Shown here in pieces: positions 39,329 through 51,046 of a stretch of 64,000 nt of DNA. Origin of the DNA: an uncultured Phycisphaerales bacterium (GTDB taxonomy: Bacteria > Planctomycetota > Phycisphaerae > Sedimentisphaerales > Anaerobacaceae); assembly GCA_963772725.1 (NCBI GenBank), contig CAVYYI010000002.1, forward strand, positions 416,001 to 480,000, written 5' to 3'. Every line of letters begins with the position of its first letter. Positions within the stretch are counted from its first letter, which is position 1. A model generated the notes under the pieces. That model worked only from the letters and a program-made list of their open reading frames with translations. It had not been told where the DNA came from and made no database searches. Made by a program: the position numbers and the translations under genes.

Positions 39329-40735
39329 ATGAAGAAGTATGTAGCACTGTTTCTGGTGACAATATTTGTTATTGGTTTTATGGTTGGTTGTCAGCCGAAA
39401 TCCACGAACAAGGCTTCAGCCGTTACAAACGCTACCGGAGAAGAAGCTGTAATTAAACCTGCTCCTGAGCCTGTCGAAGCCAATGTCGAAACAGCTAAAC
39501 CATGTGCCAAAACCGAAACTGCCAAACCATGCACAGCCAAAGCCGATGTAAACTGCCCAGCCAAGGTCGGCACTACTTGTACGGCCAAACCGGCCACTGT
39601 ATGCCCTGCAAAGGCCGAAGTCAAAGCCGACGCCAATTCAGCCACTCCAGTGCCAAGCGCCAAGAAAGAATCCGCTGATGTCAACCCAGCTCCTGCTAAA
39701 CCTGCCGCTGCCGTTGCGGAAGCAAACAATGCGGTGGCTGTTACGGTCAACGGTTTTGTAATTCATAATAGTGATGTCGAGAAACTGATTGCACCGAGTC
39801 TTGAACAGATGAAAAAGCAAAATCCCAATGTCCCGCCGCAGTTTATGGACCAGTACAAACAGTCTATGATGAAACGCGCTACAGAAAGTTTGATAGTCAA
39901 CCATTTGCTGGATGAAAAAGTCAAAGCCGCCAACATCACCGCGGATGCGAATGATGTTCTTAATTATATCAAGGAAATTGCCGCTCAACAAAAAACGCCT
40001 TTGACTGTTGACGAGCTGAAAGCTCTTATTGAGGCCCAGGGTAAAACTTTCGACGAGTGGAAAAATGAGATGCAGTTCGATAGAGTAGTTCGTTATCAGA
40101 AACTGATGGATTCACAGTGGGCAGGCAAAATCGACGTTAATGAGGCCGATGCCAGAAAATATTATGACGAGAATAAGAAAATGTTTGATATGCCTGAACA
40201 GGTCAGGGCAAGCCATATTCTTATAAAGTCCGTTGAGGACGCCAATAATAAAGACCCCAACGCAGCCAAAGCCGTTGCCAAGGCAAAAGCTGAAGACCTT
40301 CTAAAGCAGATTAAAGACGGGGCTGATTTTGCCACTCTTGCAAAAGAAAATTCCGTATGCCCGTCGGCGGTACAAGGCGGCGACTTGGGCTTCTTTGAAA
40401 GAGGGCGAATGGTGCCTGCTTTTGAGAATGCCGCCTTTAAGCTGAAAGTCGGAGAAAACAGCGACGTTGTTGAAACACAATTTGGTTATCACATTATAAA
40501 AGCTACCGACCATAAAGTTGCGGAAACAATTGCTTTCGATAAGGCTAAAGACGATATAATCAAAGAACTTACTCAGCAGAAACAGAGTGAATTCGCGAAA
40601 AATTATATCGAAACGCTTAAAAAGGAAGCAAAGATAGAATATCCGCCCGGAAGAGAGCCATTGCCTAATAATCCTCCAATGGGAATAAAAGCAGCACCAG
40701 CTCCGAAAAACGCGGGCGAAGCCTCAATAAAATAG
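39329..40735 (+). CDS. PrsA/SurA-like parvulin PPIase lipoprotein
   Basis: MVGC lipobox, VRASHIL, GGDLGFF, MVPAFE, FGYHII. Confidence 0.92.
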   Translation: MKKYVALFLVTIFVIGFMVGCQPKSTNKASAVTNATGEEAVIKPAPEPVEANVETAKPCAKTETAKPCTAKADVNCPAKVGTTCTAKPATVCPAKAEVKADANSATPVPSAKKESADVNPAPAKPAAAVAEANNAVAVTVNGFVIHNSDVEKLIAPSLEQMKKQNPNVPPQFMDQYKQSMMKRATESLIVNHLLDEKVKAANITADANDVLNYIKEIAAQQKTPLTVDELKALIEAQGKTFDEWKNEMQFDRVVRYQKLMDSQWAGKIDVNEADARKYYDENKKMFDMPEQVRASHILIKSVEDANNKDPNAAKAVAKAKAEDLLKQIKDGADFATLAKENSVCPSAVQGGDLGFFERGRMVPAFENAAFKLKVGENSDVVETQFGYHIIKATDHKVAETIAFDKAKDDIIKELTQQKQSEFAKNYIETLKKEAKIEYPPGREPLPNNPPMGIKAAPAPKNAGEASIK

Positions 40736-40764
40736 ATGTGAACGCGGATTTGAAATTGTAAAAC

Positions 40765-40806
40765 AAAATCGGCTGGCGGAAATTATTCTGACCAGCCGAT
40801 TTTTTT
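40765..40806. terminator. Bidirectional intrinsic terminator
   Basis: AAAATCGGCTGG...CCAGCCGATTTTTTT between convergent genes. Confidence 0.85.
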
Positions 40807-40838
40807 ATTGTAATTTTTCCCTACAAAACTTAACCTGA

Positions 40839-41858
40839 TTAACCACCTACAAACTCATTTCCGACTTTTCTTGCCCGCTCGGGCTTATCCAAATTGATTC
40901 CGATGGCAAGGCCGATTTCAACAAGCAGATTCCAGCCGGCACACAGATACACGTAAGGCGATAATTCGCCTGCGTTCGGCGTTTGAATTGTCTTAAATGA
41001 CGTTGAGCGGTTCGCGATAGAAATAACCGTCAACCCGACACCATCAACCAAAACTTCTTTAAACTTGCCGAGTTCTTCTTCAATGGGGTCAACTACAAAA
41101 ACAATATCGCTTGGGTCCATAACTTCCTCGATGCCATGAACAGCATATGTTCCTTCAAGAAAATCGGATTTTCTGCGAGTGATTTCATTGGTCTTCAAAG
41201 TCAATTCTTCCGCTACTCCGTCATTATAGCCTGCGAAATAAATGGTCTTTGCGCCAATGGCCTTTTTTACGATATCACCATCTATCGGCAGCGTAAGGGC
41301 TTTTTCAAGATAGCCAGCCAGGACGGCACATTCTGCGCCAAGGTCTTTGCCCTGCAGATTCCACAATATTGATTCATAAAAAAGTGCCTGCTCGATAACG
41401 CTCTTTGTAGCGGCTACAGCTTGTTCCCATCCGCATTTCAAAACCCATGTTTTTTTGCATTCCTTTTCAAGCAGTGTATCCGGATTTGCGCTCAGTCCGA
41501 ATCGGCGGCCATTGCCTATTGCTGCCAGTTTCTTTGCCAATAGAACAACTTCCTTTGTGCGGCCTGAATTTGAGGCAAGAAATACCGCGAAATTTGAAAG
41601 ATTATATTCGGCTGACTGTCTCGAACCATCAGTAGAAATATTTAAGCCGAGTCCCCACTTTAAGTTTTTACGCACCATATTCTTGGCTGGAAATATTCTG
41701 CTTGACCCTTCTCCTGTCAGCAAAAGCTGGCCGGCAGCTTTAATTTCCTTCGCGACTTCTTTTGTCTGGCCGGCGTCAAAATTCTTTACAACTCGAACTA
41801 CATCCATCATCTCCTGCACCAACGCGTACTTCGCATACTTCTGATCTTTGAGATTCAT
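40839..41858 (-). CDS. SIS-domain sugar-phosphate isomerase/deaminase (GlmS-C-like)
   Basis: GEGSS, SNSGRT, ATKS, ELTLKTNE, HG, LDKP...K. Confidence 0.85.
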   Translation of the reverse strand: MNLKDQKYAKYALVQEMMDVVRVVKNFDAGQTKEVAKEIKAAGQLLLTGEGSSRIFPAKNMVRKNLKWGLGLNISTDGSRQSAEYNLSNFAVFLASNSGRTKEVVLLAKKLAAIGNGRRFGLSANPDTLLEKECKKTWVLKCGWEQAVAATKSVIEQALFYESILWNLQGKDLGAECAVLAGYLEKALTLPIDGDIVKKAIGAKTIYFAGYNDGVAEELTLKTNEITRRKSDFLEGTYAVHGIEEVMDPSDIVFVVDPIEEELGKFKEVLVDGVGLTVISIANRSTSFKTIQTPNAGELSPYVYLCAGWNLLVEIGLAIGINLDKPERARKVGNEFVGG

Positions 41859-41890
41859 TTTTTGCCTCCTGAGTTATTTAGTTGTTTTTG

Positions 41891-44092
41891 TTAACTTCTT
41901 TTCCGGATTCCTTCCACCATTTTTCTAAAGTCCTCAGTTTCACCCCTGACCTGTTTAATGAAACTGTTATCATCGATTATTCCTATTGCGGCCAGCATTT
42001 CTTCATTATTTCTGAATGTTGCCTGTCTGAATGGATTATCATAATCCTTCTTTCGTGATTGATATACCTGTTCGCTTACAAACTGCTGAATTCGTACAGC
42101 ATTATCCAAAGCAGCAAACCACTGTTCTTTTGTTAAGTTTGATGTTCCTATCAAATCACACAATGTTGCGAGTGAATGTTTCTGTTTTTGGAATTCATAT
42201 TCAGACCAGAGTTTGTTATATCTTTCGTGTATTTGCTCCCATGAATTCAGCTCTCCAGAGCCGATATCCGCGCGAAGCTGGTCGAGGTCATTTTCAGGCA
42301 TAAGTTGGCCGCCGATATTTACCCACCTGCTCTGGCGTGTTCCCTTAAGCTCATTCGCCATAGATGCAAAATTCGCATTCGGTCTTGCATTTAAATAATT
42401 TAATAAATTTCTTATTGCATAATAAAGCAGCATGTCACCATACGCGTTATATCCTTCAGCAGCCTTTACAATAACAACTTTGCGGCTGCTCTTTTCCATA
42501 TTCTCACCAAGAACCTCCAGCTTACTGGCTTTCTGAGAATTATTCACCAAAAGATCTCAACCGATTTTTGCAAGTTCATCACCACTTAGCTTGTCGGCTT
42601 TATTCTGCGCAGACAGGCTGGCTTTGGCCGTCCAGATTTCGAGCAGCCTTCGGCCCGCAAAAATCTCCTCTGCGGTATCCGGCGCAAGAGCATCAAATTC
42701 AATATTTTGAATTTTCACCTTTCGCTGGTCGCGAGTCTGGAATTTCCATGAATTTCTGGCAAGGGCATACATATTATACATCCACCAGAACGCCGGCATT
42801 ATTTCAAGCTGGTCCTTGGAAGTATTATTATTGAGAAGCCCGAAAGGAAGCTGTATATTCAATTCGGTTGGGTAATCGCCCTTTGATAAAAGCGTAAATG
42901 ACACGAATCTGCTCGAATGTTTGATGCTTACGCACAAACCTGGCCAGAAACCCCTGCCGGCCTGCACTTCGTTATCGTTTGCCCGGCTGTTATGGTTCGA
43001 GCCGATAGTCGCGCCTGCCGCCAGATTGCTCTGTCCCATCACAACAGAAGCAATCAAAAACGAGTTGTTGTGATGCTGCTCGTGTGCCGGGAATATTAAA
43101 TTATTCAAAACCTCGCAGCAAGAAATCGTCGAGTTGTCGCCGAGGAATGAATGTATCAGCCGCGCGCCGTATTTCAGATTTGAATTGCGGCCAAGTATGA
43201 ATCGCACAGCCTTGCATCCGTAAAAGATGTGGCAGCCGTACCCGATTATGCCGTTGATAAGCTCTACGCCTTCGCCAATCTGCGTCGGTTCATCCTTCGA
43301 ACTGTTAATTGTCAGATTTTTTAGCTTATTTGCCCCTTTTATATAACAATGCTCACCTATTTTAACATCTTTCAAAATCTGGCAGTTTTTTATCACAGTC
43401 TGGTCACCAACTATGCCGTAATAGCCGCGGCTGGAGTTGAAAGTGTTTTGAGTTATCTCGGCAAGCTTTTTCTGCAAAGCCGAGTCGTCGCGATATTTTG
43501 CCCAAAGATATGCATCGGCTGTTATCATCCCGTCAAAAGGATAAACACTTCGGCAGCCGGTTTCGTTCATTATATCGAGCTTAACACGTAATTTTTCAGG
43601 CTCCCCTTCCTTTATTATGCCGTTTCCGAACTTAGCGTAGTTTGTTGTGTGCATTTCGTCGATATTCGCCAGAATGCACCGGTTACCGATAATATAATGA
43701 GCTATATAGCTGACATTATGGATTGCCACATCATCGCCAATATCGCAGGATATAATCTTGCTGTCATACATTCCTGCAGGCAACTGTAAATCGTGATGCT
43801 CAAGGATGACTTTTCGCAAACGCCCTATTCTTACTAATCCATAAAAATCGCAACCGTGAATCAAATGCGGATCAAATTCATCACTGACAAGGATATTATC
43901 CCAGCTGTCAGCAGTGTTATTATTTTTCACAAGCGACTCTACTTCATCAGCCCGAAGATTTCGCCATTTCTTATCCGGTTTGGAAATCTGCGTATTACGA
44001 AGATAATATTCATCTTTACCTGTGGGGAGATATTCTTTAGGTATAAAATTTTTCCCCATATTGTCAGGTATTAGTATCGATACAATATCCAT
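41891..44092 (-). CDS. DUF4954-family left-handed beta-helix protein (frameshift near 42560)
   Basis: KFGNG, hexapeptide-like repeats, HEQHHNNS, GSNHNSR, YNMYALARN. Confidence 0.8.
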
Positions 44093-44187
44093 CCTTAACT
44101 CCTTTTGCGGGGTTTCCCGTTTAAATCTTTTCAGCTACGCCGCTAAGCCTCATTTCTATTCAAACGACACTATTTTTTCTCCTGGTT

Positions 44188-44910
44188 TCAAACAAAAGCA
44201 GAGTCGGCCGCATGGATTCTCAAATCCTGGGTAGAGTTTTCAAGCCTAAGCTGGTTCATAAAATGCTCCGCGGCATGAAGCCTTTCTTCCGCCATTCTGC
44301 GGACTGATTCAAATCTGAACCCTTCTTTGAGGCGGGCATGCCAATACATATATTCCTTTCGCTTTTGCCAGCTCCTGAGCATATCTGCGATGTTTCTGCC
44401 TTTGACAATACACCGCCTGATTTCATTGTAAACCCCGACCGTCCCCATATCATCCAGATTGCGGGCGTCTGAAAGTATCATAGCTTCGGTCAATTTCGTC
44501 GAATTGACGCCGCTTTCAGTGATAATCCGGTTTATCTTTTCGATTTTCGAGCTGTCAATAAGCCGGTGCAATTTTTCCACAACTACCTCGGTTGAAAAAT
44601 CCAATAGCTCCAGCAGGTTAGAGTCCGCCGCTGAGTAATTTATATTTTCGGCATCGCCAATAAGCTGCCTGGCAAAACCGCTATTGCTGAAATATGACGC
44701 CGTCATCAGGCAAAAATGGTCTATCGGGGGATTTGCCTGAGCTAATTCAGGAAGCCGGCATATAAATTCGACATTGCGAACCAATCGCTGTGTGCAATCC
44801 CATAAAAATACATCACAACCCCCGCCACGCCGCGGCTTAATCAAAGATTCCCTGGCAAGGTTTATCACACTATCGAGGTCGGACATAACTTTTTCCCTTG
44901 AAATTCGCAC
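44188..44910 (-). CDS. Degenerate HD-domain-like protein
   Basis: EAMILSDARNLDDMG resembles the HD-domain C-terminal motif; the His-Asp pair is absent. Confidence 0.6.
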   Translation of the reverse strand: MRISREKVMSDLDSVINLARESLIKPRRGGGCDVFLWDCTQRLVRNVEFICRLPELAQANPPIDHFCLMTASYFSNSGFARQLIGDAENINYSAADSNLLELLDFSTEVVVEKLHRLIDSSKIEKINRIITESGVNSTKLTEAMILSDARNLDDMGTVGVYNEIRRCIVKGRNIADMLRSWQKRKEYMYWHARLKEGFRFESVRRMAEERLHAAEHFMNQLRLENSTQDLRIHAADSAFV

Positions 44911-44957
44911 TTATCAAACCAACATCTTGTAACACAGCGTCCCCTTCCAGTCAAGCG

Positions 44958-44989
44958 ATTTTTAAGGTGAATTTTTAAGGTGAATTTTT
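44958..44989. repeat. 13-bp tandem direct repeat in a divergent promoter region
   Basis: ATTTTTAAGGTGA twice plus ATTTTT. Confidence 0.7.
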
Positions 44990-45074
44990 GGGATAGCCTG
45001 GAAAATTAGTATTTTTTGAACTTTGTGTTTGATTTAATTTGATTTAAATCCATATCAAGTGGTATCATGCTCGA

Positions 45075-46226
45075 ATGCGGAATACCCCGAAAGTCGTATT
45101 ACAGATAGAAACGTCGCGTGCTTATGGTCGAGGTCTTTTGCACGGCATTGCCAAATACGCCCGTATGCACGGTCCGTGGATATTCTACAGGGAACACAGC
45201 GGCCTCGAAAAATCGCTGCCCAAACTTAAAGACTGGGGCGTAACAGGCATTATTCTACGCGACGCGAGCAATATCGAAAAAATAGTCTCAGGAAACATAC
45301 CCGCCATCTTCGCCATACACATGGAAGACAAAGATAAAATGCCGCACATGCTTCACACGGTCATAACCGATGATGACGCGATAGGAACACTTGCCGCTGA
45401 ACATCTCCTCGATAGAGGCTTTCAAAACTTTGGTTATTGCGGTTTTGACGAAACACAATGGTCAAGAGCTCGCGGAAATGCCTTTGGCAGGCGGATTGCC
45501 AGGAATAAGTTTGAAACCCATATCTATACGAGTCTGACAAAAAAACATTCCTGGAGCGAGGAACTCGCTTCCGTGGCTGCGTGGTTAATATCATTACCCA
45601 AACCTGTTGGTATAATGGCTTGTAACGATGACCGCGCACAGCACATTCTCGAAGCGGCAAAGATTATAAACGTTAAAATACCTGAAGAAGCGGCCGTGGT
45701 TGGGGTTGATAATGATGAACTGCTTTGCGAGCTTTCCGACCCCCCGTTATCGAGCATAGCTCTTAATACTGAAAAAGGGGGCTATGAAGCGGCGGCTATT
45801 CTCGATAAGCTTATGGCGGGCAAACATATTAAAGGGCGAATAATATCAATCGAACCAGTCAAAGTTGTAGTCCGGCGTTCAACAGACATTTTAGCTGTAA
45901 ATGACGATGAGGTCGCAGCGGCAGTTGAATATATCCGCAACCATGCCAGAGAAAAAATCCTTATAAAAAATGTAGTTAACGCGACAACCACCTCCCGGAG
46001 GAATCTGCAAAAACAATTTCGCAGGATATTAGGTCGCTCGATTCTCGATGAAATCAAACGTGTCCACGCTGAGCATATCGCCTATATGCTGACCGAAACA
46101 AACTTCTCTTTGTCCTATATCGCCGAGTCTCTTGGATATAACAATATGTACAACCTTTCACGGTTTTTCAGGGAGGCAAAAGGAATTAACGCCTTAACAT
46201 ACCGCAAACGCTTCGGTAAAATATAA
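45075..46226 (+). CDS. XylR-type regulator (paralog)
   Basis: YGRGLLHGIAKY, PVGIMACND, VVGVDND, RRSTD, AraC tail. Confidence 0.92.
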   Translation: MRNTPKVVLQIETSRAYGRGLLHGIAKYARMHGPWIFYREHSGLEKSLPKLKDWGVTGIILRDASNIEKIVSGNIPAIFAIHMEDKDKMPHMLHTVITDDDAIGTLAAEHLLDRGFQNFGYCGFDETQWSRARGNAFGRRIARNKFETHIYTSLTKKHSWSEELASVAAWLISLPKPVGIMACNDDRAQHILEAAKIINVKIPEEAAVVGVDNDELLCELSDPPLSSIALNTEKGGYEAAAILDKLMAGKHIKGRIISIEPVKVVVRRSTDILAVNDDEVAAAVEYIRNHAREKILIKNVVNATTTSRRNLQKQFRRILGRSILDEIKRVHAEHIAYMLTETNFSLSYIAESLGYNNMYNLSRFFREAKGINALTYRKRFGKI

Positions 46227-46329
46227 TAGCGGAATTCTGAGATTCTACTTAATTGATTCGCAGAAGCATTGCATTGGGGCCGCATTTTTGTTAATATGAT
46301 ATGTTTGATAGTTTTTAGAATAGATAACA

Positions 46330-48137
46330 ATGAACACCGAACATATACGAAATTTTTCGATAATCGCGCATATCGACCACGGCAAAAGTACACTGGCCGA
46401 CCGGATACTTGAAATCACTGGCGCTGTCAGTTCACGCGAGAAGAAAGACCAGCTCCTCGACGATATGGATATCGAGCGTGAACGCGGCATCACCATCAAG
46501 GCCTCCGCGGTAACTATGAACTATGTTCACGATGACGTTACATATATGCTGAATCTCATCGATACGCCAGGTCACGTGGATTTCCACTATGAAGTTTCAC
46601 GCTCTCTGGCGGCCTGCGAAGGCGCGCTTCTGGTCGTTGACGCCACACAGGGCGTACAGGCACAGACCGTCGCCAATGCATATCTGGCAGTCGAAGCGGG
46701 CTGGAAATTGCTGGGCGTTATCAATAAAGTGGACCTGCCTGCCGCTCAGCCCGATATCACTGCCGAAGAAATCGAACACATCATCGGTATCAGGAAAAGC
46801 GAATGTTTCCATATATCCGCCAAAACCGGTATCGGCGTAAAAGAGCTTCTCGACGCCATTGTAACTCTCCTGCCGCCGCCGCCTGACCGAAGCGGCGAAC
46901 CGACTGCGGCGCTCATATTCGACAGCCTGTCCGATGAATATCGCGGCGTAATATGTTATGTCCGCGTCTTTGCTGGCAGCCTGAAACTAAAGCAGAAAAT
47001 TACCCTGATGGGCAGCGAACGCAACTACATTATCACCGAACTGGGCAAATTGACCCCCAAAATGACTCCCGTGGACGAGCTTAGGCACAGGCGAGGTAGG
47101 CTACGTTATCGCCAATATCCGCAGGCTCGCGGACGTTACCATCGGCGACACAATAACCGACGAAACTGCCCCCGCCGCAAAACCGCTGCCCGGTTACAAA
47201 GCCCCGATGCAGATGGTTTTCTCCGATTTTTACCCGGGCAACAACACCGATTACCCAAAGCTGCGCTCTGCATTCGAAAGATTAACTCTCAATGACGCCA
47301 GTTTTTCATTTTCACCGCAAAATTCTCCCGCGCTGGGTTTCGGATTCCGTTGCGGATTTCTCGGCCTGCTGCACATGGACATCGTCCAGGAACGCCTTGA
47401 ACGCGAAAACGATATCGACGTTGTCCAGACCGCGCCGACCGTCAGTTATGAAATACTGACCAGTGACGGCAAAAGTAAAACGAATCGACTCGCCCAGCGA
47501 ATTGCCCGATCTGCAGCCACATAGAAGAACTGCGCGAGCCGTTCGTCAAACTCGAGATTATTACCGCCGACAGATTCGATCGGCGGGATTATGCAGTTTG
47601 GCTGAACAACGCCGCTGCAAACTCATCAAAACAGATTATCTAAGCCAAACACGGGTGATGATCGAATATCAAGGCTCCGCTGGCGGAAATCGTCTATGAT
47701 TTTTACGACCTGCTGAAAGGTATCAGCCACGGCTACGCGACAATGGATTACGAATTTATCGGTTTTGAGGCCAGCAACCTCGTCAAAATAGATATTCTCG
47801 TCAACAGGATACCCGTTGATGCGCTGTCTTTGATCGTACATCGCAACAACGCCGAAGCAGCGAGGCCGAAGACTGCATAATCAAGCTGCGAAAAGCGATA
47901 CCTCGCCATCAGTTTGAAATCCCGCTTCAGGTCGCTATCGGCGGCAAGATTATCGCCCGCGAAACCATAAAGGCCTTTCGCAAGGATGTTACCGCAAAAC
48001 TTTACGGCGGCGACGTTACACGAAAAATGAAACTCCTCAAAAAACAAAAAGAAGGCAAAAAACGAATGAAAAATATCGGCTCCGTGGACATCCCGCAGGA
48101 AGCCTTTATGAGCATCCTCGACACCAGTGAAGATTAA
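46330..48137 (+). CDS. lepA: Elongation factor 4 (several frameshifts)
   Basis: [50 protein letters not shown]. Confidence 0.96.
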
Positions 48138-48384
48138 CACATACTTTTTTATCTGTCATCTTGGGGTTTTATGTTTTCCACCTATATGAAAGGCTGTTTT
48201 TATACCGGTTACCACCTGCAAATAGCAGATACGCCCACCCTTAAAAAAATGGCAAAATAATAGTTGCATTGCTGATGAGACTGTGATAAACTATTAACTT
48301 ACAAGGAATGGCAATTCTATATAAATTGGGTATGGGAAATTTGCGGATTTTGCTTTGATTTTGTCCTGAAGGATGGGCATTAAT

Positions 48385-50410
48385 ATGGCCACAGGGAAAA
48401 AAAAAGCCAAAAGTAAACCGGCCCGGCATCATCGCAGCACATCTGAAAAATACACACAAGAAGCAGTCAGCGTACGAACGCCTATCGAAAAATCAGGCGA
48501 CTTCTATTACAATCTATATAAACTATCTCCTGTCGGGCATTTTGTTTTTGACGAGAACGGACTGATTATGGATGTGAATTTTACCGGCGCCACCCTGCTG
48601 GGCAAGCCAAAAAATTCACTGATAAAACAACCGTTCACCAGTTTTGTCTGCAAAGACCATCAGAATATATTTAATCTTCACCTGAAGAAAACGGCGAAAA
48701 CCAATACCTGCCAAATTTGCAGGATAAGACTCATCAGGAAAGGCGGAACCGAATTTTTTGCACGTCTTAAAACCGCGGCATTAAAAAATATGCAAGGCAA
48801 CTGCATCAGTTTCATATCGGTAATAGGCGACATTACCGCCCGCAAAAAAGCTGAAGAAAAACTCAGAGACAGCGAGGAAAAATACCGCGAGCTTGTTGAA
48901 ACTGCCAACAGTATTATTATGCGAAGGGCAGTTGACGGCAATATCACTTTTTTTAACGAATTTGCCCAGAAATTTTTCGGCTATACCGAGGAGGAAATTC
49001 TGGGTCGCAACGTTGTCGGCACTATTGTCCCGGCCTCGGACAGTCTCGGTCATAATCTGGCGGATATGATTGACAATATCGCCAAAACGCCTGAATTATA
49101 CCAGAACAATGAAAATGAAAACATGCGTAAAAACGGCGAGCGTGTCTGGGTTGCCTGGACGAATAAGCCTATTAAAGACAAGGACGGCAACATCGTGGAG
49201 ATGCTTTGCGTGGGCAACGACATTACCAAACGGAAAGAGGCCGAGGTAGAGTTGGATAAGCTTAATAAAAAGCTAAAGTATCAGGCTGGGCAATTGCGCA
49301 AACTATGCAAAGAGTTGACAGAGACAGAGCATCGTGAGCGACAGAGATTAGCCAGAATACTGCACGACGACCTCCAGCAATTAATGGCGGCGGCGAAATT
49401 GAAGGTTGCGGTATTACGCCATAAAATCAAGGATACCGATTTGCTCCGGTCACTCGGCGATATCGATGAAGTACTGAAACAATCAATTGATATTTCCAGG
49501 TCGCTGGCCGTTGAGCTTTCGCCTCTGCTGACGCACAAAGGAGGATTGATGCCGGCGTTAAAATGGCTGTGTGAACATATGCATAAAAAATTCGGCCTGA
49601 ACGTAAATGTCGAAGCCAACGGCGAGGCGGAATCAGTTGATGACGAATGTAGAATTGTTCTCTTTGAGGCCGTACGGGAGTTAATCTTCAACGTTGTCAA
49701 ACACGCGGGAACAAAAACCGCCGACGTTCGGGTAAAATGTTCCGACCAAGAGTTTAATATTGAAGTTAAAGACAAGGGCGCCGGTTTCGACCCGACACAC
49801 TATCAGTCCGGTACGGATTTTCCCGAAGGCTCGGGGCTGCTCAATATCAGAGAACGGCTTTCTTTGCTCGGCGGACGAATAGGAATAGACAGTGCACCAA
49901 ACGCGGGCACCTGTATTACATTATCCGCTCCGCTGTGTAAAACTGTTCAATTAAAAAAAATGGCGAAAACATCGGTTGCCGCAAAAACGCAACCATTCCA
50001 GCGACCCCTGCCATTTTCCGCGTCCAGCTTGCCTGTTGAAAAGACAAAAAAGATTCGCGTTCTGCTCGCCGACGACCACGAAATTGTGCGAGCGGGATTA
50101 ACCAGCCTTCTGAAGCACGAAAACGATATAGACGTAGTCGCGCAGGCAAGCAACGGTCAGATGGCATTAGATATGGTCAAGCGCTATAAACCGGATATCG
50201 TAATTATGGACGTATCCATGCCTGTGATAAATGGTCTCGATGCTACGCGGCAAATTGCGGATGAATTTCCGGATATTAAAGTAATTGGGCTTTCAATGCA
50301 CGAAGATGAGGCACATAGCAACGGCAATGAAACAGGCTGGCGCAGCGGCGTATATAGCCAAATCTGACGCCTGCGAAAAACTCGTCTCCACTATACGAGC
50401 CTCCTTTTAA
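48385..50410 (+). CDS. PAS-PAS NarX-type (HisKA_3) histidine kinase fused to a receiver domain (frameshift near 50318)
   Basis: Two PAS/PAC domains, ERQRLARILHDDLQQ, NVVKHA, DKGAGF, ADDH...DVSMP. Confidence 0.9.
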
Positions 50411-50548
50411 TCCGCATATTTATTTTTTACCTTTTACTTTTTGCTTTTAAACTGGATTGCATTTGACTTTCTTAAAAAATGTGCTATCATAAAAGTTTGT
50501 AATTGTCGTTTTTTACAGGATTTGTGAAGGGTATTCAAAAAGGGGAAT

Positions 50549-51028
50549 GTGATGATATTAAACTCCGGGGCTGAGATACGGGCAACAATAGTCGGCTCTG
50601 AAAAGGACAGCTTTGTCCCGGACGCAATCACTTTACTCAGGGGGTATAAAATAAATTTCGGCCTGTGTCAGGATATTTACGCGGCAGCGGGCAGCCTGGC
50701 AAAAAGTTACGCGGCAAATATTCTGATTATCGGCCAGCTTAAAGAGCTGGGCAAACAAAACGGACAATTTTTCGATATCGCAGGCGGGAACAATTATCTC
50801 TGCTGCTGTTTTGTCGGAGGTCAAAATACTCAAAGCCAGATTTCAAGAGCGAAAAAGGCAGGCGTTACTTTGATAACTAAAACAGAGGAACTTGAAGAAA
50901 TTATCAGCACAATCGCGACCGGTAAACAGTCCTCGCAAATGAAAACCGGCAATAATAAAGTAAACAAATTCAGTAAAGAAGATTTTAGTCCAAGTGCGGC
51001 GGAACTTGACGCTTTACTCGGAATTTAA
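50549..51028 (+). CDS. Hypothetical protein (degenerate receiver-like)
   Basis: 159-aa ORF ending SAAELDALLG, co-oriented with the diguanylate cyclase. Confidence 0.6.
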   Translation: MMILNSGAEIRATIVGSEKDSFVPDAITLLRGYKINFGLCQDIYAAAGSLAKSYAANILIIGQLKELGKQNGQFFDIAGGNNYLCCCFVGGQNTQSQISRAKKAGVTLITKTEELEEIISTIATGKQSSQMKTGNNKVNKFSKEDFSPSAAELDALLGI

Positions 51029-51046
51029 GGATGGAGAAGGTCGATT

